The notes under the pieces were generated by a model. It did not search any database. It was not told where the DNA came from and saw only the letters and a program-made list of their open reading frames with translations. This document shows, piece after piece, positions 30,542-40,389 of a stretch of 64,000 nt of DNA (position 1 is the first letter of the stretch; each line of letters begins with the position of its first letter). Both the position numbers and the translations under genes were made by a program. The stretch comes from an uncultured virus (IMG/VR IMGVR_UViG_3300025502_000007) (lineage: Duplodnaviria > Heunggongvirae > Uroviricota > Caudoviricetes), in IMG/VR virus record IMGVR_UViG_3300025502_000007; one strand, given 5' to 3'.

Positions 30542-30959
30542 GCTAGACATCTTTTATGAACTCCTTGAAACCCTCATGTCTATGGAAGCTCATGCGGAAA
30601 AAGGCCTTTTAGGAAAAAAGGCTTCTAAGAAGCACTTGCGTAAGCAGTCAATGGAATTAAAGTTTCTGGCTGACTTTATGCGTCAAAAAATGAGTTTAGA
30701 ACTTAGAGGTAAAGAGTCTGTCCCAAGCTGTTTGGAAAAAAAGTTAGAGAAAGAAAAAGAACGAATGGACAATGCCGATAAGCGATATAAAGCTAGAATC
30801 GACAATTTAAAAAAAGCTAATTCTAACCCTACTGAGAGAGTAGGCAGATTGAAAGACGCCATGATAAAGCAAAAGGAGTTAAATGAGCAAAGAAAAAGGA
30901 AAGCCAAAAAAGAAAGCCAGCTACAGGCCGACGGTGAATATAAAAAAGCTCAGGACTAA
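30525..30959 (+). CDS. histone H1-like (Hc1-family-like) basic protein
   Basis: EAHAEKGLLGKKASKKHLRKQSMELKFLADFMRQK resembles the Bacteroidota Hc1-like pattern (DAEK..GNKAAG.RARK...ELK.....R). Start at 30525 preferred over 30486. Confidence 0.45.
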   Translation: MKEFSELDIFYELLETLMSMEAHAEKGLLGKKASKKHLRKQSMELKFLADFMRQKMSLELRGKESVPSCLEKKLEKEKERMDNADKRYKARIDNLKKANSNPTERVGRLKDAMIKQKELNEQRKRKAKKESQLQADGEYKKAQD

Positions 30960-33900
30960 TTACAACCTGACTTTCGAATTCGACAAACGACTTCAATCTT
31001 ATATCAAATCATTCCCTCGCGAGCACAAGAAGCTGTTCAAAGAGGAAGTGCTGCAATTAGATGGAACCGTAAAAGCTCAGTGGGTCACTCAAGTTAGAGA
31101 GGTCCAGATGGGAAATGTCATCTCATTCCTCCTGGACAATAGTTATCCATTTGCTTTAGACAATTTCACTAAAGCAGAAATGGGGCAACTTCGACAGCTT
31201 TATTTGGAACGCCAAAACAGAATCCGAGAAGCCTTAAAAGCAAAGGCAGACAGCATACAAGTTGACGATGAAGATTACAGTTTTATGAAGATAGAGCCGT
31301 ATGACTACCAAAAGCAGGCAGTTAAATTCATGGAAATCAACGAAGGCGTAATTATGCTTGGCGATGAACCTGGTGTTGGTAAGAGTTTGTTTTTAGAAAC
31401 CCCTATTTGCACCGATAAAGGATGGATACGAATGGGTGATATATCACTCGACTCAAGTGTGTTAGGTTCTGATGGCGAATTTCACAAAGTCACTGGAGTA
31501 TATCCTCAAGGGCTTCTTGATGCATACGAAGTCACCTTTAACGACGGCTCAAAAGTAAAATGTTGCGAAGAGCATTTATGGACAGTAAGAGATGCTAACA
31601 GAAGACAAAAAGGCATAGGGTGGACAGTTAAGTCTATTGCTGAGTTAATAAAATCTGGACTATCGTATAAGACAAATAAAAAAAGAATTGACAGCGGTAG
31701 AAAGCCTGTTTTGAAATGGGAAATCCCGACTATCCAGCCAGCGAATTTCCCTGAGAAGAAATATGTGATTCATCCTTTTATTTTAGGCTCTTTAATCGGA
31801 GATGGAGCTATTTCATCGCCCACCCCTACGATGTCTATACCTGATTTCCAAGAATCAACAGCCAGTTTAATTGAGTCGAATTTATTACCTGGGATGAAGA
31901 TGGCTAAAATAAAAAAATCTGAGTCCACTCAACACTCTTGCAGTAGATACTCAATATCAGATACTTTAGGACAAAAAAACAGATACACCGACGAGATAAG
32001 ACGCTTGAAATTAAATGTGAAATCCCATTACAAATTTATTCCACAAGAGTACAGAAACGGCTCCACTGAGCAGCGAACAGAGCTATTAAAAGGGCTTATG
32101 GACACTGATGGGAGTTGTTCTAACAGTAGAACTCACTATCACACAGTATCAAAACAACTGGCGGAAGATGTAAAAGAATTAACACAGTCATTGGGAGGCA
32201 TAGCAAAAGTGTTTTCTTATGACAGGACACATGAACAAAAAGGGGTTGAGTACCGAGTAAATGTGAAACTCAACTGGGCACCATTTCATCTTGACGATAA
32301 AATAAAAGAACACAAAATAGTAGCAACCAATCACACGTCTAGATATATAGAGAGTATTGAGTATATTGGAGTGCTCCCTCAACAATGTATAAGTGTTGAT
32401 TCTGATGATAGCACATTTGTTGTGAACGATTACATAGTAACTCACAATACAGCTCCAGCATTCGCATACGCAATCAAGCATAACTTAAAAACTCTTGTTA
32501 TATGCCCTGCATCGCTAAAGCTCAACTGGAAGTCGGAGATTGAGAAGTTCTCTCACGAGAAATCGTTTGTATATAAATACAACCCAACCAAAAGAAGCGG
32601 GAAGACAAACAACACTAAAGAGGAGTCTCTATTCCATATAATAAACTTTGAATCAATCCAAACGTTTATCAAACTGGAATACAACCACAGGTGCACAGGA
32701 ACTCTTTTCTCAAGCGGAGGAAATAGAAACTGCGACTGCAAAATCACCAGCCTCAAGAAAAAGATTACAGACGACTGCCCTCAGTGTGCAAACACTAACT
32801 CTTTCAAAAGCAGAATAAAAGGTCTCCAATACATCATTGATAAAGATGGGGAAGTTCTGGACCCTGACGATTATGATTTGATTATCATTGATGAGTTTCA
32901 TAGGATAAAAGAAAGAACTACAGATTGGACAAAAATAATAAACATGGCATTTAGAGAGTCTGTAAGCAAGAAAGTGCTCCTTTCTGGTACCGCCATCAAA
33001 TCTAGGCCGATAGAACTGTTTATGCCTCTCAATTTGCTCGATAAGGACATGTGGAACTCTTTCCATGACTTCGGCGTGCGTTATGGAGCTGGGTTCGAAG
33101 ATAGTTTTGGGTGGAAGTACGATGGGGCATCATATTTAGAAGAGCTATACCAAAGAATATCTCCGTTTTATCTAAGGCGACTCAAAAAAGATGTTTTGTC
33201 CCAACTGCCACCTAAAACATATAGCGAAGTTGTGTTGGAAATGGACATAAAAACCAAGCGAGAATACAACAAAGCCGAGAAAGAGGTAATCAAATTCATT
33301 AACGAGGAAGGAAAAGAAGATGAAAAAGAAATGAGCTTCCTTGCGAAAGTTCACTTACTAAAAAAATGCACGGAGACATTCAAACTTGAAAAGGCGAGGG
33401 ATTTTATTGACGACATCATTGAGTCTGGAGACAAAGTTGTAATATTCTTTGATTACATCGACACGGGAAATGCTATAAAAGAACTGTGGGGTGATAGATG
33501 TGTTTTGCACACAGGGCAAATGAATGCTATCCAAAAGCATGAGTCTGTCACCAGTTTTCAAGAAAAGAAAAACATAAATGTGTTCGGCGGGACGTTTGGC
33601 TCTGCAGGTGTTGGTATCACGTTGACATCCGCTAATAAACTAATTTTTATTGGGCAAGCATGGACACCTGCAGACATGGGTCAGGCCGAAGACAGGATTC
33701 ACAGAGCAACGACGACACACGATAACGTCCAGATTATGACTTTTCTTTGTGAAGACTCAATTGACATCGACATCTATGAGTTACTTAAAGAGAAAAACCA
33801 GGTTGTGAGTAAAGTTTTGGACAACAAAGATTTTAAGCGAGATGTCTCACGAGGAGATGAGAGCATAATTTCAAGACTAATGAATAGAATGGCGGATTAA
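30883..33900 (+). CDS. SNF2/HARP-like superfamily 2 helicase, intein-containing
   Basis: PYDYQ Q-motif, DEPGVGK|T Walker A, ICPASLK, IIDEFH, LSGT, GVGITLT and QAEDRIHR. Confidence 0.92.
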   Translation: MSKEKGKPKKKASYRPTVNIKKLRTNYNLTFEFDKRLQSYIKSFPREHKKLFKEEVLQLDGTVKAQWVTQVREVQMGNVISFLLDNSYPFALDNFTKAEMGQLRQLYLERQNRIREALKAKADSIQVDDEDYSFMKIEPYDYQKQAVKFMEINEGVIMLGDEPGVGKSLFLETPICTDKGWIRMGDISLDSSVLGSDGEFHKVTGVYPQGLLDAYEVTFNDGSKVKCCEEHLWTVRDANRRQKGIGWTVKSIAELIKSGLSYKTNKKRIDSGRKPVLKWEIPTIQPANFPEKKYVIHPFILGSLIGDGAISSPTPTMSIPDFQESTASLIESNLLPGMKMAKIKKSESTQHSCSRYSISDTLGQKNRYTDEIRRLKLNVKSHYKFIPQEYRNGSTEQRTELLKGLMDTDGSCSNSRTHYHTVSKQLAEDVKELTQSLGGIAKVFSYDRTHEQKGVEYRVNVKLNWAPFHLDDKIKEHKIVATNHTSRYIESIEYIGVLPQQCISVDSDDSTFVVNDYIVTHNTAPAFAYAIKHNLKTLVICPASLKLNWKSEIEKFSHEKSFVYKYNPTKRSGKTNNTKEESLFHIINFESIQTFIKLEYNHRCTGTLFSSGGNRNCDCKITSLKKKITDDCPQCANTNSFKSRIKGLQYIIDKDGEVLDPDDYDLIIIDEFHRIKERTTDWTKIINMAFRESVSKKVLLSGTAIKSRPIELFMPLNLLDKDMWNSFHDFGVRYGAGFEDSFGWKYDGASYLEELYQRISPFYLRRLKKDVLSQLPPKTYSEVVLEMDIKTKREYNKAEKEVIKFINEEGKEDEKEMSFLAKVHLLKKCTETFKLEKARDFIDDIIESGDKVVIFFDYIDTGNAIKELWGDRCVLHTGQMNAIQKHESVTSFQEKKNINVFGGTFGSAGVGITLTSANKLIFIGQAWTPADMGQAEDRIHRATTTHDNVQIMTFLCEDSIDIDIYELLKEKNQVVSKVLDNKDFKRDVSRGDESIISRLMNRMAD
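31384..32448 (+). mobile_element. intein (355 aa) with LAGLIDADG homing endonuclease
   Basis: Starts SLFLETPICTDKGW after GVGK, block B EEHLW, LGSLIGDG and LKGLMDTDG, ends IVTHN followed by Thr. Removal restores Walker A GVGKT. Confidence 0.93.
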
Positions 33901-33956
33901 TTGGGTTTTTACTTCTATTTATTTGCACAGCTTACACAACCAAACGGAACACAACG

Positions 33957-34517
33957 ATGAAACTTAAAATTTCTAAAGAAAAACTCAATGCTCTTATTAA
34001 AGAGGAAGCGATGAAGCTTAAATTTAATAAGATTCAAGAAAGTGCTGCTGACAGCAAAGTAAAGCTTCTTGAAAACAAGCTTGCAAAGGTAGAGCAGGAA
34101 ATGCGAGATGTTTATAAAGGACAAAACCTTGACGAACACACTGCTGCCACGCTTGGTATAACTCAAGAGCAAGATATCGAAGAAATTTTCGGAATGGGCA
34201 AGTATGAAAAAGCAAAAAAAGAATACAAGCAAATAAAATCTCAAGAACTCGCTCAATTAACTCAAGCCTATAAGGCTCGCACAGCAGATTATGTTGAGAT
34301 TTCGAAAGGCTTGCTACAAACGCTTCGTCAAGATTCTGCTGAAATCGCTAAAAGACATGGCATTACTGATGTTGCAATTTTTTACAAAGACCTGCAACAA
34401 TTAGCTCAACCAATGGACTTTAACACATTTAATAGGCAAGCCGCCAAAGGTGGGGCTAGCTTTAAAGATTTTGTATCTGGAGCGAGAAGTGGCCAGGGAG
34501 GCGATTTCGGAGTATAG
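33957..34517 (+). CDS. probable internal head protein
   Basis: N-terminal KISKEKLNALIKEE helix; IQE, LDE and IEE motifs; TATTTAT upstream. The last base of its TAG stop is supplied by the mini-IS. Confidence 0.55.
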   Translation: MKLKISKEKLNALIKEEAMKLKFNKIQESAADSKVKLLENKLAKVEQEMRDVYKGQNLDEHTAATLGITQEQDIEEIFGMGKYEKAKKEYKQIKSQELAQLTQAYKARTADYVEISKGLLQTLRQDSAEIAKRHGITDVAIFYKDLQQLAQPMDFNTFNRQAAKGGASFKDFVSGARSGQGGDFGV

Positions 34518-34872
34518 TGAACTACCCACCCACGGCAGAGCCGATGGGTTGGGCTTCGGGGGTCGTAGACTCACCTAATAGCAACGCCTCATCCCGTTTT
34601 TGATTATCGTCCGACTGCATCCCACAACCAGACGTGAATGTTTTTAATTCAGTTTTACTTTTTGGTTTTATGCAAACTGCAAGATTTTGCAGAGCAACCT
34701 TATACCACGTCAAAGAACAACAAACTCTTGGTTATCGAAGTTTGTTATAACAAATATATGCGTTTAAACCAAAAACATCAAGTCTTTATCAAAAACAATT
34801 GTTATATTTGCTGAATAAGGTCGCTTTCATCCCATCCACGCTGCGCGATGAATGGGTTTTACGCTCCGTCTT
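34517..34872 (-). mobile_element. non-autonomous IS200/IS605-family mini-element (356 bp) with TnpB omega-RNA, copy 2
   Basis: Identical to copy 1. Removing it gives GGA GTA TAA TAA, restoring a natural stop, with no target-site duplication and TTTAT at the left end. Confidence 0.88.
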
Positions 34873-34889
34873 ATAAAAACAAATTTAAC

Positions 34890-34917
34890 AAAAAGTCAGC
34901 TTCAAGCTGACTTTTTT
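34890..34917. terminator. bidirectional intrinsic terminator between convergent genes
   Basis: AAAAAGTCAGC-ttcaa-GCTGACTTTTTT. Confidence 0.7.
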
Positions 34918-35351
34918 GCTTCAGAAGTGTTGAAGTTTGTAAGTATTTGTCGGTCAAATTTATCAAGAGAGTTAATTCCACCAATGTAAATTTTTTCAAG
35001 AACCTCGTCGCATTTAATGTGCTTGGAATAAAAGTCTGAAATGAAATCACTGGGACTCAGTGTGTCATTGCTATAAACAAATTCACATAATCTTCCGCTT
35101 CTATATAGCTCTTTAAAGTTCTCGGTGAAGTCAACATCCTGCTGAACATTTACTTGGAATTCCAATAAAGTTTTTTTAAGTATTTCAAAGCACGACTCAT
35201 TCATGATAGTGTACACACATTGAGCCCCATTTTCCTCTCTGACTATAATGTGCTCGTAAAGCTCAATCCCTGACTTAGCTTTAAAGGTTTTTGTGAAATC
35301 CATTTGGACTTCATTATCACGATTGGGTGTTATGACTATTTTCCTTACCAT
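34902..35351 (-). CDS. hypothetical protein with C-terminal DUF6576-like motif
   Basis: DEVLEKIYIGGINSLDKFDRQIL resembles D-x-ILDKI-x2-SG-x2-SLT-x2-E-x3-L. CGTATATTG promoter-like box just upstream. Confidence 0.55.
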   Translation of the reverse strand: MVRKIVITPNRDNEVQMDFTKTFKAKSGIELYEHIIVREENGAQCVYTIMNESCFEILKKTLLEFQVNVQQDVDFTENFKELYRSGRLCEFVYSNDTLSPSDFISDFYSKHIKCDEVLEKIYIGGINSLDKFDRQILTNFNTSEAKKSA

Positions 35352-35440
35352 CACTTACAATATACGCAGGAAATAAAGAAATGTTACATCTACGCATTCA
35401 TAAATATCCCAGCTATTTATAAACCAACAACACTAATGGC

Positions 35441-36352
35441 ATGATTTTAAAGGTAGGAGATAGAGGTCAGAAAGTAATAGAAGTGCAAAAAATGCTGTCG
35501 GTTCTAGGTTACGACTTGGTTATAGATGGCGATTATGGTGCAAAAACGCAACGTTCAGTAAAAGCTTTTCAAAAGAAAATTGGATTGATGAATGACGGTG
35601 TAGTTGGTCAGTCAACTGCAGACGCTTTAAAAGCACATGCATCAAGAAAAAGAACATGGAAGCCATCAGTGACTAATGAAGCTTCAAAACAAGAATATCC
35701 AATGCCAGTAGATAAAAGTCACAGACTGTCTACGGGGCAATACATCAAGCAAACTACGTCAAAAACTCAAATCTTTCTTCATTTTACAGCTGGAGGGCCA
35801 AGTGCGAAAAACGTAATAGATTATTGGGATTCTAATGAGCCTAGAGTTGCAACGCCATTTGTCATAGATGGCGACGGTGATGTGTTTGAATGCTTCAATC
35901 CAGACTACTGGAGCTATCACTTAGGCATAAAAGGCACTAAGGGCAGGTTAGATAAATCATCATTTGGAATTGAAATCTGCAATTATGGGCCCTTAAAGTT
36001 AAAAGATGGAAAATACTACGCTTGGCCAAAAGATTACTCTACAAAAGTAATACCTAAAGATGAAGTTTACAGCCTACCTAGAGGGTTTAGAGGTTTTCAA
36101 TATTACCAATCATTTACTGATGGGCAAATCAATGCCACAGAAAAACTTTGTGAGCATTTAATTGAGAAATATAATATCGAAATCCAATACGAGTTTGACT
36201 ATTCTTGGTTTGACTATGATAGCGAAGTTATTCGACAAACTCTTCCTGGAATTTGGTCACACTCCACAGTTAGAAAAGATAAACTTGACTTGTATCCAGA
36301 CCACAGAATTCTAGAGATGCTTAATCGATTAGCAACAAAGTATGGAAAATAA
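35441..36352 (+). CDS. endolysin: peptidoglycan-binding domain plus N-acetylmuramoyl-L-alanine amidase (Amidase_2)
   Basis: LKVGDRG..V..VQ..L...DGDYG..T..SVKAFQ...DGVVG..T, then IFLHFTAG, SFGIEICN and HSTVRKDKLD. Confidence 0.88.
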   Translation: MILKVGDRGQKVIEVQKMLSVLGYDLVIDGDYGAKTQRSVKAFQKKIGLMNDGVVGQSTADALKAHASRKRTWKPSVTNEASKQEYPMPVDKSHRLSTGQYIKQTTSKTQIFLHFTAGGPSAKNVIDYWDSNEPRVATPFVIDGDGDVFECFNPDYWSYHLGIKGTKGRLDKSSFGIEICNYGPLKLKDGKYYAWPKDYSTKVIPKDEVYSLPRGFRGFQYYQSFTDGQINATEKLCEHLIEKYNIEIQYEFDYSWFDYDSEVIRQTLPGIWSHSTVRKDKLDLYPDHRILEMLNRLATKYGK

Positions 36353-37250
36353 AACATATCCAGTAGAGATACTTTTTAAATATCTGACAAGGGATGAAAC
36401 TGCTGCGGATATAGCTAAGGAAGTTGGTGTTGACTTAAGTGTTGATAAGTCGTGGTTTGTACGAACGTATAAAGCTACTGTAGAATTATTTACTCAGTCA
36501 GGCCCTGATTTAAAGCTAAAATTTTCATCTGGCCTCAGGAGGGAAGAGATGCAGAGCTTAATCTCCACCTTTATTAGCGTTATTACTGCTAGTAAGAAAA
36601 AGTTTGACGCAGCAAAGTCTACTCCAGGGAAGAAGATGTATGCCATTAACAATCAGGGCGACGCGCAAACTCTTGATGCGTTTAGTATGAATGAAACAGA
36701 GGATTGGGACTCTGAACAAAAGGAAGACTTTTCAAACAAGCTTTACGAAGAAGGTGTAATTACCAGAGTTCATCTTGCTTGGATTGAAGAGTACCCAGAT
36801 AAAGGAACGAATCAATTTGAGCCAGCTTTGAAGATGGCTCTGGATATTCTTATAGAACAGGTTCCAAAACAATATAACGGACCTTTAATGCCTTCTGACA
36901 TAAAAGAAATTGAAGACTTTTTAAAAGAGCTTGTTCTTTCCTTTGAGCCAGCAAAATCTATTTTTAATTCAACAGGAAAATCTCAAAAAAACAAGTCAAA
37001 CAAAGAAGTTGGATACGTTGACCCACAACCATTTGAAAAAGGCTCTTACAGCACTGTCGGCTTAAACGAATCAGTTGATGCGTGGACAGAGGCCAAGCTT
37101 AGAAAGTTTGTCAAAAAAGAATTTGAAACACAAACAAAAAAAGGTGAATACATGTCCAAGAAAGAAGTTAAGGACATGATTCGCAAGACGATTGTGCTAC
37201 AGTATAAGTATTTATGGGAGAAGAGCGCGTTCTTCATAAACCAGATTTAA
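36342..37250 (+). CDS. hypothetical (probable head-associated) protein
   Basis: 302 aa with MNE and LNES motifs and a KEVKDMIRKTI helix. Confidence 0.6.
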   Translation: MENKTYPVEILFKYLTRDETAADIAKEVGVDLSVDKSWFVRTYKATVELFTQSGPDLKLKFSSGLRREEMQSLISTFISVITASKKKFDAAKSTPGKKMYAINNQGDAQTLDAFSMNETEDWDSEQKEDFSNKLYEEGVITRVHLAWIEEYPDKGTNQFEPALKMALDILIEQVPKQYNGPLMPSDIKEIEDFLKELVLSFEPAKSIFNSTGKSQKNKSNKEVGYVDPQPFEKGSYSTVGLNESVDAWTEAKLRKFVKKEFETQTKKGEYMSKKEVKDMIRKTIVLQYKYLWEKSAFFINQI

Positions 37251-37251
37251 T

Positions 37252-37941
37252 ATGAACAAAGAAGATTTGAAAGATTTAATCAGAAAAGAGGTGTGGTCAG
37301 CAGCAGCATCCAAGCTAAAGCAAGAAAAAGCAGCAGCAGCCAATAAGCCTCAAGCTGATTTGCCTCCAAAGATGGACGACAGAGAATTTGAAAATATCTT
37401 GTTTAATGGCGGCTATGAAGACACGGGGTTCAACAAAATATATGGCCTAGCTGAGGGAGCAATTCCACAGATAGATGCTGGTGAAATAAATGAATTTGAA
37501 AGAAAGTTTGCCGAGACGCTTTCAAAATATCCAAACACAACTGTCACATTCGATGAGCAGGGCAAGAACAGAAAAAGCATGTCATTCACGCAAAACCCAA
37601 AAGGGATTGCTGTAACTGCATCTGGATATATTCAAATTGGAAATGAAGGAAATATGCGATGGATGTTTTCCATTCCCAATGGGCTAAGGATTGAAACAGA
37701 AGGGGTTGAGCTGACCCAGGAAAACAAAGAATTGTTCCCTGAGATTTACAATTTCTACAACGAATGGCAAAAAGAATGGAGACAAAAACTTACTGGAAAC
37801 GAGGAAGCCCCAGAAGACTTTGCCGATGATATGCTTCCTGGCCAAGAACAGCCAGGAATGGTTCCTGGATTAAGCTCTGCTCCTGGAGAAGCGCCTGGAG
37901 CGGTTGCAGGTGGAGGAGCTGGTGGAGCAGCAGCTGTTTAA
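37252..37941 (+). CDS. hypothetical (probable head-associated) protein
   Basis: 229 aa; N-terminal KEDLKDLIRKEV; Gly/Ala/Pro-rich tail. Confidence 0.6.
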   Translation: MNKEDLKDLIRKEVWSAAASKLKQEKAAAANKPQADLPPKMDDREFENILFNGGYEDTGFNKIYGLAEGAIPQIDAGEINEFERKFAETLSKYPNTTVTFDEQGKNRKSMSFTQNPKGIAVTASGYIQIGNEGNMRWMFSIPNGLRIETEGVELTQENKELFPEIYNFYNEWQKEWRQKLTGNEEAPEDFADDMLPGQEQPGMVPGLSSAPGEAPGAVAGGGAGGAAAV

Positions 37942-37977
37942 GCTTTAAAATAGTTCCTTGAAAAACTATCATTAAGT

Positions 37978-38304
37978 GTGAATCATACCATTAAGCAAAT
38001 CCTTATAAACCAAGACAAGTTTAAAACTGAAATTGTCACGTGGCTTAAAAGAGATTTTAAAGAGCAGAAAAAAGAACTTTCTGAGATAAAAGTGGATAAC
38101 GACAAAGAAATTGCTAAATCAATAAAATCTTTGAAGAAGAAATTTAAAAACCTCAGCGTTAATTCTCTTATAGACTCTTTGCTATTTAGAGGCGGCTCAA
38201 AAAGAAGCAAATCATACTACGCTTGGTGGAGTGAAACACTAGACACAGTAATCATTTACACTTATGGCAAAAAAACAACCAATAGAAGCATTAGTCGACC
38301 TTGA
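37978..38304 (+). CDS. hypothetical protein
   Basis: 108-aa ORF with GTG start. Confidence 0.5.
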   Translation: MNHTIKQILINQDKFKTEIVTWLKRDFKEQKKELSEIKVDNDKEIAKSIKSLKKKFKNLSVNSLIDSLLFRGGSKRSKSYYAWWSETLDTVIIYTYGKKTTNRSISRP

Positions 38305-38653
38305 GTTCGATGGAAGCACTAATAAGTTTGAGGAGTTCTATGGAGACTCCGTTACTTACCAACAAGTAGAACAAGAAAGTTACATTGAGTTCAAAATAAT
38401 GATGAACGATTTTGTTGGAAAAGTGAAATTCAGGAAATCTAGAGAAATATCTCGACCCAGCTCTCTCACTTGTCGTCTAACAATGAGCGACGTCCAATAT
38501 TCACTATTTGAAGCTATTTACAAGGGAGAGAGTATTGACGAAGAAGAATCTACGGAAGATAAAATAGTATATCACCGTTTTTTCTTTCTACATGATTTCA
38601 AAATTTGCAACATTCGCCTCCATGACGAAAACAACCCAGAACTACCTAGATAA
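38264..38653 (+). CDS. hypothetical protein
   Basis: 129-aa ORF with TAATG coupling to the next gene. Confidence 0.6.
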   Translation: MAKKQPIEALVDLEFDGSTNKFEEFYGDSVTYQQVEQESYIEFKIMMNDFVGKVKFRKSREISRPSSLTCRLTMSDVQYSLFEAIYKGESIDEEESTEDKIVYHRFFFLHDFKICNIRLHDENNPELPR

Positions 38654-39591
38654 TGAATCAGCAGAATCATCAAACCTTACAAGACGAAAGATATAACAGA
38701 CTCCAGACATTGGGGTACAAAGGACCTGTGGGAGGAGGTCTTACTGAGGGGGATGTAAATGGGAACGCACATTCACCAGCCGTTAGAAGACAATATGGCG
38801 ATGTCCTTAGTGGACAGTTTCGTCAAAAGTACCAGGAAATGTTTTCAAAAAAGTCTAAAACAGGACCATCTGGATTCAATCCTATTCCAGTAAAACCCCA
38901 CAACGGAGCCCCAGTAGACGAAGACAAAAAAGTTTCGGTTGCTGATTTTTCATCAGGAGTGGATAGAAGTAATGACTCAGAGTTGAGCGCTATCGATAAA
39001 ATGTTTGACCCAGACTACGGTAGCGGTGGTGGTGCAAGGCTTTCAATGAGCCCAAGAGGAGAAATTGGAGCTAATCTTGACAATTATGGCCCAAATTGGA
39101 ACGCAATGAATGTTTCCAATCAATTACAGAACAGATTGCAACAAAAACAAACTGAGATGGAGCAGCCGCTTACTCAGTCGCCTGTTCAACAACAACCAGC
39201 TAAATCAAATGCTCTCTCATATAGAGATTTCGCTAGCGATAAACAAGGGTTTGCTTCAGAAGTTTCTCCAGTTGCAGAATCTACTCCAGAGGTGCGTAAG
39301 GACTATAAAGCGCACCAGAATTATATGTATCACATGAATGAAGCTATTATTCGTGAGATTGCTGAAGAAATTGCATCAAAAACTGTAAAATCAGTACTTG
39401 CTGAGCACATCAAGACTGAACGCAGTAAATATGTGTTTGAAAGAGTAACATTCAAGAAAAAAGATGGAACACTTGTTGAGCTGCTAAAGAAAGACGACAA
39501 ATATTTCGAACTCACAACAATTGAGACAGCCAAAGGAAATTTTACAGCTCTAAAAGAACGTAAAGTTAGTCCTAAAAAACGAAAATATTAA
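38653..39591 (+). CDS. hypothetical protein, largely low-complexity
   Basis: 312-aa ORF with LTE, MNE and LAE motifs. Confidence 0.6.
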   Translation: MNQQNHQTLQDERYNRLQTLGYKGPVGGGLTEGDVNGNAHSPAVRRQYGDVLSGQFRQKYQEMFSKKSKTGPSGFNPIPVKPHNGAPVDEDKKVSVADFSSGVDRSNDSELSAIDKMFDPDYGSGGGARLSMSPRGEIGANLDNYGPNWNAMNVSNQLQNRLQQKQTEMEQPLTQSPVQQQPAKSNALSYRDFASDKQGFASEVSPVAESTPEVRKDYKAHQNYMYHMNEAIIREIAEEIASKTVKSVLAEHIKTERSKYVFERVTFKKKDGTLVELLKKDDKYFELTTIETAKGNFTALKERKVSPKKRKY

Positions 39592-39779
39592 CTACGCATT
39601 TTTCTAGTAAGCGTTCTAAGAAGGTCTAAAGCTTCATCATAACCCTCAGAATCAGAGTTATATATTCCTAGATTTCCAAGAAGCCAGCGAATATTAGAGA
39701 TGAAATTAAGGTCTTTGCGCTCATTTGGGATGTACATCTCCATCAAGAGTTCGTCAAGTCTCAGTTTCATCTCGTTCAT
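39588..39779 (-). CDS. small hypothetical protein
   Basis: 63-aa ORF 10 nt downstream of infC on the same strand. Confidence 0.55.
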   Translation of the reverse strand: MNEMKLRLDELLMEMYIPNERKDLNFISNIRWLLGNLGIYNSDSEGYDEALDLLRTLTRKMRS

Positions 39780-39789
39780 CGGCAGTTTC

Positions 39790-40356
39790 TTATTTTTGTT
39801 TAGGCTTGGGCTTAATATCCACTTTTAGTCTTTTTCCTTCGAACTTAGGTAACGCTAACGGTATCCCATAGCTTTCAAGGGAGGACGCAAACTCTAGCAT
39901 TAGCTTTTGGCCAATTTCTTTATTTGCAATCATTCTGCCACGGAAAAACATGCTTAGACGGACAATGTTTCCATCCTCCAGGAAGCTGATTGCATGAGCG
40001 CGTTTAAAGTCTAAGTCACCTGGACCAGTTGTTGGCCCTAAACGAATCTCTTTTGTTTCAACTTTTGCTATTCGCTGCTTAGCTTCTTGCTCTCGCGCCT
40101 TCTTTTTGATTTCATATTTAAATTTACCAAGCTCTATAATTCTACATACAGGAGGCTTTGCGTTTGGGGAAATCTCTATTAAATCAAGCTCAAGACTTGC
40201 CGCTATGTTTTTAGCTTCTTCGGTCTTATACACTTCTCCTGATACAAACTTGTCACTATCACCTGTTAACCGTACCTCTAGTACTTTAATCTGATGGTTG
40301 ACTCTGTGTGTGAATTTATCCTGTCTCTTAGGTTGGGCTTTTTTGCCTCGTCGCAT
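39790..40356 (-). CDS. infC: translation initiation factor IF-3 (phage-encoded)
   Basis: RVNHQI...EVRL...LDLIEISPNAKPPVCRIIELGKFKYE..KK, KEIRLGP...DLDFK and FFRGR: both IF3 domains present. Confidence 0.93.
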   Translation of the reverse strand: MRRGKKAQPKRQDKFTHRVNHQIKVLEVRLTGDSDKFVSGEVYKTEEAKNIAASLELDLIEISPNAKPPVCRIIELGKFKYEIKKKAREQEAKQRIAKVETKEIRLGPTTGPGDLDFKRAHAISFLEDGNIVRLSMFFRGRMIANKEIGQKLMLEFASSLESYGIPLALPKFEGKRLKVDIKPKPKQK

Positions 40357-40389
40357 ATTGGTGTATTGAATTTGTTATAAATATGGCTG

